Assembly (NCBI GenBank): GCA_026936335.1
Contig: JAPMXV010000015.1
Location: 186,001-250,000 of the forward strand
Source: Mantamonas sphyraenae STR306
Lineage: Eukaryota; Protista; CRuMs
DNA: 64,000 bases
Reading direction: 5' to 3'
Under the pieces are notes generated by a model. That model was not told where the DNA came from. It worked only from the letters and a program-made list of their open reading frames with translations, and searched no databases. Shown piece after piece: positions 10,092-20,500 of this stretch (its first letter is position 1; each line of letters begins with the position of its first letter). The position numbers were made by a program, and so were the translations under genes.

Positions 10092-11378
10092 TTAGCAGGT
10101 GATGACCGTTCCAGCGGCGGTTGTGCCTCGCACGCACACAAAGGTGATCATGCCACCATACTGGGCCATGTCATCCAAATGGGCCATCCAATACTCTCGC
10201 ATGAACACAGTGTGCAGAATCTTGTGGCAATGAAGACGCCAGACGCCCGGGCGCGCCGTGAACAGGACATCACGCGTGGTGCCCGGCGCCACATCGATGG
10301 TGGAACCGTTGACGCGTGCAGAGGGAGGCACAATGGCGCCAGTCTCGCCAATCTGCGTCCATACGTGGCCGTGGATGTGAAACGGGTGCGGCTCATCCTG
10401 GTTTGCGTTGGAAAAGCGAATGCGCACGCGGTCGCCGGCATCCACCTTGATCACAGGCACAGAGGGTGCAGAGCGACCGTTGATAAAGAACCAGTTGGAA
10501 TCGTCCATCATAAAGGTGTTGCACTTGGAGTCACCCTCGAGCCAGGCGCCACTGAGCATCAGCGAGAAATCCTTGTCTGCCACAGGTTCCTCACCGGGGC
10601 ACTTTGCCACCAGCACGCCAATGAGACCCTGCGGATCCTGACGCCACATGCGAGTGCCCGAATGGTACATCGCTGTGCCGCATTGTTCCATGGTGAACTC
10701 GTACGTAAACGACTCTCCGGGTGCCACGCTCTTCTGTGACACGCCTCCGCTGCCGTCCATCTCGTAGGGCACAATCAGCCCATGCCAGTGCACAGAGGTG
10801 GCCTCTTGAAGCTCGTTGTGGAACACAATGCGCACCTTGTCGCCCTTATTCACTTCAATCACAGGCCCCGGGGTTTGGCCGTTGAAGCCCCACGACGTCA
10901 TCTCACGCCGGTGGATGGGAAACTTGGAGACGTCGCGTGGGTCCTGTCGATCCGATGGCACCACGCTGTAGAGGCGGTCGTAGGCAGCTGCGCTTCCGTC
11001 CCAGATCTCCTGTGTCACAAGCTGAGCGTACAGGTGGAACACCTTGAAGCCGTCGTTGGACATGGTGTACCCGAGTGTGGCCACTCCGGGGGATTGCACC
11101 GTGCCGTTGCCCATGTTGTACCCGGGGATGGCGCTCGTCGCCGTCGGCGTTCGGCCAATCATGTGTTTGCACGCATCCTCCGCCTGTGCCGGTGAGGATT
11201 GGGCCTTGACCTGCTTACTCAGTGCATCCACTTGCTTGCTGGTCGCATCCGTAGCCACCAGCGACGCGACGGCGAGCGCAGTGGCGATGATCAACAGCAC
11301 AAAAACAAGCGCCATCACCGCAAACCGCCGCCATCCCCCTTTTCCCCTCTCGTCAATGCCCATCTGTTGGAAATCCAT
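10092..11378 (-). CDS. Two-domain multicopper oxidase (bacterial small-laccase/copper-oxidase type) with an N-terminal membrane anchor
   Basis: Cu motifs TSVHWHGL, MYHSG, HPFHIHGH and WRLHCHKILH...M; WGFNGQTPGPVIEV..GDKVRI; hydrophobic segment FAVMALVFVLLIIATALAVASLV; intronless. Confidence 0.85.
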   Translation of the reverse strand: MDFQQMGIDERGKGGWRRFAVMALVFVLLIIATALAVASLVATDATSKQVDALSKQVKAQSSPAQAEDACKHMIGRTPTATSAIPGYNMGNGTVQSPGVATLGYTMSNDGFKVFHLYAQLVTQEIWDGSAAAYDRLYSVVPSDRQDPRDVSKFPIHRREMTSWGFNGQTPGPVIEVNKGDKVRIVFHNELQEATSVHWHGLIVPYEMDGSGGVSQKSVAPGESFTYEFTMEQCGTAMYHSGTRMWRQDPQGLIGVLVAKCPGEEPVADKDFSLMLSGAWLEGDSKCNTFMMDDSNWFFINGRSAPSVPVIKVDAGDRVRIRFSNANQDEPHPFHIHGHVWTQIGETGAIVPPSARVNGSTIDVAPGTTRDVLFTARPGVWRLHCHKILHTVFMREYWMAHLDDMAQYGGMITFVCVRGTTAAGTVITC

Positions 11379-11504
11379 GGTTTCTTCTCTGCTGCTCTTG
11401 TGATGCCGTGTTTGGATGGTTCTTGCTCGTGGTGATGGGGACACACAGGAACTGAACAAAGAGGTTGTGTTCCCCGTCGCAGCCAGACGAAATTCCAAAC
11501 AACA

Positions 11505-12890
11505 ATGTCAAAACCCTCCCTCCACCACAACCTGCGCCTGAAGCAAATACTGCGGGCGGTGGAGAGGGGCCATTTGAATCATTCGGGGTTGAAATGGCTG
11601 CTGGCGAGTCAGTTTGGGGAATTCACGGCAGAACTCGCTCGCTGGCGGGCAGAGGACATCGATGCATCATTCAAAGGTCCCTGGTGGATGGACGTGAAGG
11701 AAGTGGACCGTCCCAAGGCACTCATGCACTGCATTTGGATGAAGGAGACCGAAGCCGTGATGCAGCTGCTGGAAGACGGTGTGGCCATTGAGTGCCCCGT
11801 GTCGAGCTCGAATTTCACCACGGTGTGTGCTCTGGAGATGGCTGTACGCTGTGGGGCCGTTGAACTCATCGATGCCTTGGCCCCACGCTGTTTCCACCTT
11901 TCGTTGCACTTGGAGGAGCTGCTGGTGGCGCCTGATGCGGCTACGGCGAAACGCCTTCTCGCACACGATCCCAAACTGCCAGCTGCGCTGCTCGGCTACT
12001 GCAACGACAATGACACGGTTCCTCTTTTGCTTCCTCTCGTGGCCAATGCTCCGGTAGAGGAGCAGGCCAAGGTGGTTCGGCACATGTTCTTTCCGCGACG
12101 CAATCCGATGCTGAGAGAGGTGCTACGTGCTCGCTTGTGCCTCCCCGATGCCCTTGTGCGTGGCATCAAGTACGGGAGACTGTTTGCCGATGATGTGAAT
12201 GAGTGTCTGGCTGGGAATGCGCTGGATGGGTTGAACCGGCGTGACACATTCCACTGCCAAACCGCACTGTATGTTGCCTCAAAGTCAGGCAATGAGGCTT
12301 TGGTTGCGCGGTTGCTGGAACTTGGTGCCAATCCCAATGTGACCACGGCAACAGGGCTCGCCCCACTGTTCCCTGCGGCACGCCGTGGCTTCACACACAT
12401 TGTGCGTCGTCTCATCGATGCCGGCGCCGATGTCAATCTGCAGGACCACATGCGACGGTGTGCGTTTGACATTGCCCTGCGCTACGATCGTGGACCTGTG
12501 CTGATGCTCCTTGCGTGTGCGGGTGCCGTTCCCGGAGGCGTTAATCCCGCGCATTGGATCCGATGCCGACGCACTCAGCAACTCAAAGCATTGTGTGTGG
12601 CACACGATATGCAGACTTTGCCACAGTTCATTGCTGCCACGTTCCTGGGTGGCTGGAGCGAAGAGACGCACGCACTTGTGTTCCCTGCCCAGCTTGACAC
12701 AGCCGTCGAGGTGGCTCTTACCATGAACGCAGAGGAGCGTGAAGAGATGTTTGAAGCAGGTGGCATGGATGCGTACACACCCACGGCGTTGTGGTCGACA
12801 CAGCCAGATGAGGTGATGGAACGCATCCTCGACCACCTCCTGTGTCGCAACCTCCCACGCAAACGCAGGCGGAGAGGCAGATCACAGTGA
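11505..12890 (+). CDS. Ankyrin-repeat protein with conserved C-terminal module and basic tail (ANK-2)
   Basis: QTALYVASKSGNEALVARLLELGANPN, GLAPLFPAARRGFTHIVRRLIDAGADVN; C-terminus WSTQPDEVMERILDHLLCRNLPRKRRRR. Confidence 0.85.
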   Translation: MSKPSLHHNLRLKQILRAVERGHLNHSGLKWLLASQFGEFTAELARWRAEDIDASFKGPWWMDVKEVDRPKALMHCIWMKETEAVMQLLEDGVAIECPVSSSNFTTVCALEMAVRCGAVELIDALAPRCFHLSLHLEELLVAPDAATAKRLLAHDPKLPAALLGYCNDNDTVPLLLPLVANAPVEEQAKVVRHMFFPRRNPMLREVLRARLCLPDALVRGIKYGRLFADDVNECLAGNALDGLNRRDTFHCQTALYVASKSGNEALVARLLELGANPNVTTATGLAPLFPAARRGFTHIVRRLIDAGADVNLQDHMRRCAFDIALRYDRGPVLMLLACAGAVPGGVNPAHWIRCRRTQQLKALCVAHDMQTLPQFIAATFLGGWSEETHALVFPAQLDTAVEVALTMNAEEREEMFEAGGMDAYTPTALWSTQPDEVMERILDHLLCRNLPRKRRRRGRSQ

Positions 12891-12928
12891 ATGTACAGCG
12901 AATGAATGGCGGAATGGTGCACCTCCAC
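12618..12928 (+). repeat. ~310-bp near-identical direct repeat (copy 1): 3' coding module plus start of 3' UTR of ANK-2
   Basis: Matches 14188-14504 (offset ~1570) with few substitutions, while the upstream ANK sequence is far more diverged. Confidence 0.9.
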
Positions 12929-12993
12929 TTTCCTATAATACCAATCCAACATCCAATCCTCCCTCCAGCCCAACGCAATCGCCAGCATCCAGC

Positions 12994-14481
12994 ATGGGCA
13001 ACTCCTCAACGTATGCCCCCTCACCCAATGCACACAACGCACACAGTGCACAGGGTGTGGATGTGTCCCCTTGGGATGGGTACTCGGATCATCTGGCCAG
13101 GCAAGCTACCAGGCAGCACCCAGATGTGCTGCGAGGTTGGGATCAAACGCGACATGCCCACATCATCTCATTCCCCGGAAAGATCGATGTTCAGGAGGAC
13201 AACTTCTGGGCAGGGGCATCCCGTTTGGAACAAACCAGGGCTCTGTGGGTGGCTGTGCGGGAAGATTCTCCAGAGGCGGTGCAGGAGATGCTGAACCTGC
13301 GGACCTTTTGGGCCGAAGATCCCGAGGTCGACTCAGATCTTGCGGGTCCCTCGCTCAAGACCCGCGTGTGTGTGGTGGAAGTGGCAATCCGCTACGAAAG
13401 CCTCAACGTACTTCGACACCTCGTCAACACCGATCAGATGTGTCCTCACCATGGAATGCACGTGGCAGTGGCCCTCCTCAGGAACATTTCGCAGGAATTG
13501 CTCCAACTCCTGCTCGACCAATCGCCCGTGGTTCCCCCCAGTGTGTGGGCACTGGCTGCAACCGATGACATGGCCCAGTTTGTGTTCCCCCATGTCCAAC
13601 AGCTGTCAAAGGCCGAGCTGCAAGTGCTCTCGTACGCCGTCACAGACCGAGTTGTCCGCTACTTCACCGACACCCTCAGGCCCACGCCCATGCTCAAGCT
13701 CATGCTCTCTTCCGCAATGGGACTTCCCGAAACACTGGAGATGGGCATCCGCTACCAGGTCAACGACGCTGTGGAGGCGTGTTTGGATTCCGGTGCAGAC
13801 CTTGCGCTCTTTGCGTCGGACGATTGTGGCCGCACGCCACTGTTCCACGCCTGTAAGCTGGGCAACGAAACAGTCGTGGCACGACTGTTGGAACTGGGTG
13901 CTGATCCTTCCCAGCAGACTGTGCACGGCATTGCGCCCTTGCACCCAGCTGCACGTTCTGGCCACGAGGTCGTGGTGCAACATCTCATCGCCGCGGGTGC
14001 AGATGTGAACGTGTACGACAGCTACAGGCGCAGTCCATTCCATCTTGCACTCCGCCATGATCGCTACCGTGTGTGCGCGATCCTCGCGGCAGCTGGGGCG
14101 GATCCCGGTGCCGAGGATGACGAGTGGATTGTCACGAGGCGACCTCATCAGCTGAGTGTGTTTCGATGTGCCTACGCCATGAACTGCTTGCCACAGTACA
14201 TTGCTGCCACGTACCTCGGTGGCTGGAGCGAAGAGGCACACGCACTTGTGTTCCCTGCCCAGCTTGACACAGCCGTCGAGGTGGCTCTTACCATGAACAC
14301 AGAGGAGCGTGAAGAGATGTTTGAAGCAGGTGGCATGGATGCGTACACACCCACGGCGTTGTGGTCGACACAGCCAGATGAGGTGATGGAACGCATCCTC
14401 GACCACCTCCTCTGTCGCAACCTTCCACGCAAACGCAGGCGGAGAAACAGAAGCAGGCCACGGCGAATGTACAGTGAATGA
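12994..14481 (+). CDS. Ankyrin-repeat protein with conserved C-terminal module and basic tail (ANK-3)
   Basis: GRTPLFHACKLGNETVVARLLELGADP, GIAPLHPAARSGHEVVVQHLIAAGADVN; C-terminal module almost identical to ANK-2; start MGNSST. Confidence 0.85.
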   Translation: MGNSSTYAPSPNAHNAHSAQGVDVSPWDGYSDHLARQATRQHPDVLRGWDQTRHAHIISFPGKIDVQEDNFWAGASRLEQTRALWVAVREDSPEAVQEMLNLRTFWAEDPEVDSDLAGPSLKTRVCVVEVAIRYESLNVLRHLVNTDQMCPHHGMHVAVALLRNISQELLQLLLDQSPVVPPSVWALAATDDMAQFVFPHVQQLSKAELQVLSYAVTDRVVRYFTDTLRPTPMLKLMLSSAMGLPETLEMGIRYQVNDAVEACLDSGADLALFASDDCGRTPLFHACKLGNETVVARLLELGADPSQQTVHGIAPLHPAARSGHEVVVQHLIAAGADVNVYDSYRRSPFHLALRHDRYRVCAILAAAGADPGAEDDEWIVTRRPHQLSVFRCAYAMNCLPQYIAATYLGGWSEEAHALVFPAQLDTAVEVALTMNTEEREEMFEAGGMDAYTPTALWSTQPDEVMERILDHLLCRNLPRKRRRRNRSRPRRMYSE

Positions 14482-14504
14482 ATGGCGGAATGGTGCACCT
14501 CCAC
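14188..14504 (+). repeat. ~310-bp near-identical direct repeat (copy 2): 3' module of ANK-3
   Basis: Matches 12618-12928, including the downstream GAATGAATGGCGGAATGGTGCACCTCCAC. Confidence 0.9.
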
Positions 14505-14548
14505 ACAGGTGACAAAAATCACACGGAATTCCATTTGCTTCCCTCAAG

Positions 14549-17500
14549 TCACCTCTCTGCGGAGATCTCCTTGAAAAACTCCTGGCTGAGACGCTCAATG
14601 TCCTTGACCACACCCAGGTTGACCACGAGACCGACGAGCACATTGTCGCCTTCGCCTCGTCCAGACGCGGGCACGTACATACCGCTCTCGCTTCGCCTGC
14701 GACTGCTCTCTCCGTGTCCACGTGGCCGCAGCTTGGCCTGTCGCACAGCGTGTGTGACGTAGTGGCACGTGCGACAGCGATACACATCCCACCCCTCTTT
14801 GGCTCCGTCCACCCACGCGTAGCTGTTGCTCCAGCCACTTGTGCCTCGCAGCAGCGCCCCCTTTGTGGTGTAGCCCCACTCCAGGTCCGTCTGCTCAAAG
14901 GCATACAAAGAGTTCAGCTCCTTCAGCACGCCCATGCACGACTGGATTGGGCACTCGCTCGTCTCGTCTGCCAGACAATCGCACATCCTCGGGTTTTTGC
15001 CGTACGTCGTGTCAAACGGACGCTGCACTGTGAAGCTGCACGCGCCACACAGACACTCAAACGTCTCTGCCCCCTTGGCCATCTGCCGCTCACGCTGAGC
15101 CTCCAACTGGATGGCAAGCCACCACAGCTTGCGCACCAGCTGCGGCCTCGGCGACACGTTTTGCCGCCGGTCCTTCACAAAGATCACAGCCTCGTAGAAC
15201 GTCAACGCGTACTGGTACATCAAGAACCCAATCAACAGCGCCCCGGTGGCGTTTTCCCACCGATCGCTCCCGCGTGCTCCCGTGCACACCAACACTTTGC
15301 CGTGGAACGTCATTGCGTTGCGCACAAAACCAAACCCTGCCGTCCAGCCCTCTTCCAGCGTCCCCTCGCCGTCCTCGCGCACTTGCGTTTCCAGCGTCAC
15401 CTCCAAGTACTCCAGCTGCAGAGCAATCTGCTTCTTGACACCCGTCACCTCCGGATCCTCGTCCACCTCTTCGTCCTCCACACGCACATTGATGATGTGC
15501 GTGAACCCGCCCTGCAGCAAAGCCTCCATCGTCAGACCCTTCATCGTCGAGCCCACATACAGGTGCGACGTGATGCGTGACAGAGTGCCTTCCCACAGAC
15601 CCTCCAACGATTTGGCCTGCTCTTCCTCCCTTTCCCTCTCCACCATTTTCACCTCCCCGCCTTCGTCCCAGTCCCGCGATTCCACAAGGTTTGGATTCAG
15701 TCGCTCCGCAACCATCGCTGCTGCTTTGTCTTGGTCCACAATGCTCTTGCTCGCCTGCACACGCGCTTTGCGCCGTTTCAGCGGCGACACCCCACGCCCG
15801 TCCAGGTCGCTGATGCCCACACCTGCAGACGCCGCTGCGGCTGCCACAGCCGCTGCCGACGATGCCGAGCCCGACGACGAAGAAGACGAAATGCCACCCA
15901 CCGTGCCGTTCAGTCCTCCATCGACCGTTCCGCCTTGCGTAAGCTCTGCCAGCACCACCTCGTAGCGTTTGCGCACGTCGGCCAGCGATGGACGACGCAG
16001 CGGGTCACGCACGAGCACATACTCCAGAAAGTCCACCAGCGCAGGGTATTGCTTGATCTTTTGCACTTTCGTTTCCGAAATCAACGGCGTGCCCTCCGTG
16101 GTGATGCGGTGGATAAACGCACCAATGTCCTCCTCAAACAAAAAGTCACCCGTGAGCAGCTCGTACAGGAGGCAGCCTACAGACCACACGTCGGTGGCTG
16201 CGTTGGCCCCCACGCGGCGCCGCCGGTCAAAGTTGCGGTTCTGTTTGCGTCCGGCAAACGCAATCTGGATCATTTCGGGGCTCTTGATAAACTCTGTGCC
16301 TCGGTTGCGCGTCGTGTAGCTGTCCTCCTCGTCCGAGTACACCTTGCTCTCGCCAAAGTCGCACACCACAATGCGAAAGTTGGGAAACTCGCTGGGTTGG
16401 TTCCAAAACTCGCTTTCCGTCACGTCCTCGTCCGGCACCAGCAGCAGGTTGTCACATTTCAGGTCAAAGTGCACCACGTGGCTCTGTTCCAGCACCTCCA
16501 GCGAACTCAGCGCATCCTTGAAAATGCGCAGGTACAACGGCAGGTTTGCCTTCAGCGGCGTCATCTGCCGCAGTCGCCACGACTTGAGCGAGCACTTGTA
16601 CTCCTTCATCACAATCCAGTGGAACTCGTCGCTCACGCCGTAGTCGTACATGCGCGCCACACGCGGATCGCTTTTGTGCGTGTCCATGATCAGCACCTCG
16701 CTGAACATGTCGTACAGGATGCACCGGTCGTCGATTCGCCTCTCAATGTCCATCAGCTTCACGGCAACCTCCACAAAAGGCAGCTGGTAGCGAAACACGC
16801 TTCCAAATGCTCCTTGGCCAAGCAGCTCCGCCTGATTGTTTTCGTACATCGCCACACAGAACAGTTTCTTGTACACCAGCTTCAGCAGGCGATGGTAGCT
16901 GTGACCCATTTCCAGCGTGCGCTGACTCAGCCTCGCCGCCACCGTTTCGTTGTTGGCGTGGTTGATGTGCCAGTACAACAGAAACGGGATGTTTGGCTTG
17001 TTGTCCAAAATCGGATGCTGGCTGCTGTACAGCGGTTCCAGCATGTCGCTTTGGTTCATCATCAGACTCAAAATCAGCTGCAAAATCAACACGTGGATCT
17101 CCTCGTCCTGGTACAGCGCCCTGGCCTCCGTTTGCGACCTGTAAAACTCTGCCTCCAGGACCCCCTCCGACACAATGCTGCCGTCGCTCATGTGCGACAT
17201 GGACTTGATCATGCTGTTGCTGCGTGACCTCACGTGGCTCATGGATGGATGCCTGGCCGGAGATCCCACGGGCTTGCGCATCAGTTGCGACTTGCCGCCA
17301 CCTGCCATCGACACCAAGCTGTTGCTGTCCACAATGTGCTGCAACATCTGTTCCTGCTCATCGCGCACTTCTTCCAGCTCTCCCGGACGCGAGCTGAGAC
17401 TCAACGTTCGCTTGCGCAGCTGCGTCGACGTGGCCACGGGCGACCCTGCTGTATCGTCCCCGCTGCTGCCTGAAGGACGTACCTTGGCTGTCAATGACAT

Positions 17501-20500
17501 CGCCGACGTCGACGCACGGATCCCTGCGTTTGAGCGCCTCTTTACACGGCCGCTCATTTCCTGTGCCTCGTCCGCCCCAAGCATTTGCGTGCCAGCCTGT
17601 CCGATCTGCACCGTGTTGTACGTCAAATCCGACATCTCTCGACGCCGTTGCGCCGCACGCGACGGCGACGCTTCACGAACCCCACCTCCGACGACCACCT
17701 TGGGTGTCACACGCCCCTGTTGCCGTGCACTCCTGCTCTTCGGCGGCAATGCTTGCCCACCCAGTCCACCGCTGCCCAGCCGCTTCTGCTTTCCCGTGCC
17801 TTTCTTGTTGTGTCCGTGGTTGTTTGTGTGCGACGTATGCGCTTGTGGCGGTTCGGCATCCTTGCGCTTGGCATTCTGCGTGTCTTTGTCCTCGTCCACG
17901 TCCTCGTCCTCGCTCGACTGCGGCTTCTCCAGGTCCAGCGCCGCAATGATGTTTGGACGTGCGCGTGGTGGTGACAAAGGGATGTCACTGCTGCTTGTTG
18001 TCGACGTGGTCATGGTCGATCTGTGCGACGACTGGCCCTCCACGCCTGTGCTGCCCTTGGTCGCCTCCTTGTTCAAGCCCAGTGTCATCACAAAGGCCGG
18101 TTTGTTCGGCGGCGGCGTCAATGGGATGTCACTGCTGTCGTCGCTGTCAAACGAGTCGGTGTCGCTTGCATACGACCCAATCTCTGCGTCCGTCATCACC
18201 TTGACCTGCCCGTCCGAAGCTACAGCCGCACTTTGTTGCCCTTTGGCAACTGCGTTGCTCAGCCCCAGTGTCATCACCACCGCCGGTTTCTTCGGCGGGG
18301 GTGTCAACGGGATGTCGCTGCTGCCGTCACTGTCGTACGACGACGTGGATGTCGCCGTTTCGTTTCCTGCCTCACTCGTTGCTTCGCGCACCACTGCATC
18401 CCCTCCCTTCCTCGCCTCCTTGTTCAGACCCAGCGCCATCACCAGCGCCGGTTTTCTCGGCGGTGGCGTAAGCGGAATGTCGCTGCTGTCGTCGCTGTCG
18501 TACGTCGATTCGTCATCCTCACTGTCGTCCCTGTCTTGTGTCTCTCCATGTTGCCTCACCGCAGCCTCGCCGCCCTTTCTTGCCTCTTTGTTCAGTCCCA
18601 GGCCCACCACAAACGCCGGTTTCTTTGGCGGCGGCGTCAGCGGGATATCGCTGCTGTCGTCGCTGTCGTATGTCGAATCGTACTCCTCCCTTGCACTCCC
18701 ACCATCGGCACGCCCCACAGCATCGCCACCCTTCCTCGCCTCCTTGTTCAGTCCCAGGCTCATCACAAATCCTGGTTTCTTGGGAGGTGGCGTCAGCGGG
18801 ATGTCGCTGCTGTCGTCGCTGTCGTCGCTGTCGTACGTCGTCTCATCCTCGTCGTCGCTGTGCCCATCTCCACGACCTCTTTCATCGCCACCTTTCCTCG
18901 CCTCCTTGTTCAACCCTAGGCTCATCACAAACCCAGGTTTCTTGGGAGGTGGCGATAGCGGGATGTCACTGCTGTCGTCGCTGTCGTACGTCGTCTCATC
19001 CTCATCCTCATCCTCATCCTCATCCTCGCTGTGCCCATCTCCACGACCTTCTCCATCGCCACCCTTCTTCGCCTCCTTGTTCAATCCCAGGCTCATCACG
19101 AAGCCTGGTTTCCTGGGTGGCGGCGAAAGCGGGATGTCGCTGCTGTCGTCGCTGCCCCATCCCTTCCAATCCTCAGAGTCGTCACTCTTTTCGCCATCGT
19201 CCTCGCTGTCCTCTTCATGGCCATCGGCGCCCCAGGACACGCCGGCGCGTCCACCCGCTGCTCCGCCACGTCCGCCACCGCCACCGACCGACCCTGACAT
19301 GCTCATGGCCATGTGATCCGTGGACTGGTCGCGCACATTCAATCCAAGACCCAACCCAAGACCCAGACCGCGCCTGCCCTTGGCTGCCACCAGCATCTCC
19401 CGAGCCTCCACCTCCTTCTCGACAAAGTGACCCTGCATGGTGTACACGTCGTACTCCAGCGAGATTTCGGCCAGCAAAAAGTCCATGACGTGCCATTGGT
19501 ACATCTTGGTGATGACATAGTCGGTTTTGTGGCGAGTAAAGGCAAACAGCACGCGCAGATGCCAGCGCACCAGCTGCGTTGTCCACTCCACCACATCCTC
19601 GCTCTCGTCTTCATCCTGACCGAGCGAGTTGTACAAGCGCACAAACCACAAGTAGTGGAAACTGACATAAAAGTCCACGTACTCGTGCTTGCGGTTGAAC
19701 GGCGACGACGGGTTGGAAAACACCTCGCACAGCAGCTCCATCATGGTGCGCATCAACTCCACGCGAAACTCGTCGTACACACCGGTGCCGTCCACACTCT
19801 CCATGTACATGGGCACAAAGCCACGCTGCGGCTGCACCAGGAACTCCAACTTCCACAGCATCTCTCGCTCTTGGTACTCGATCTCTTCGATCTGCGAGCT
19901 GATCCACGCGTCACGCTCCACACTGCTCTGCCAGTCTACCGTTGCCTGATTTTGCTTCAGCTCCTCCTTGGAAAACTTTGTGTTGCGTCGCACAAGCTGC
20001 GCACACACAATAAAGTGCCGCAGGCCGCGCATGCGATACTCGCTGATGCGCCCGTCGCTGATGTGCAGCTTGGCACACGCCTCGCCCAGCTTTGGGTTGA
20101 ATAGCAGGTGGCCCAGGTAGCGTCGCAGCCACTGCGTGATGTGCCCCTTCTCCAGCAGCACGCCCACAAGAAAGTCGTCGAGGGCCGGGTGTGTGTTTTG
20201 CTCCACAATCTCATCCACCACAATGAGCAGGTGGTGCACCGTCTCGGCCAGCGGAAGCACGTCCAGCGAAAAGTTGCCACGCGTGATGAGTTGATGCACC
20301 ACACGCAGCAACGTGCGCATGCCAATGTCCACCACCTGGTCGCTCATCACACGTGTCCTGCACGTGCGCATGTAACGCGAAAGCAACACCAGCTGCAGCG
20401 TCAGATCTTCCATAAACGCTTTGCGGTTGTACAGCAGATCCATGCGTGACGTGATGCGGTGCAGAAACAGGTCCAGCTTTCGCCGCACGTTGACCCTTTG

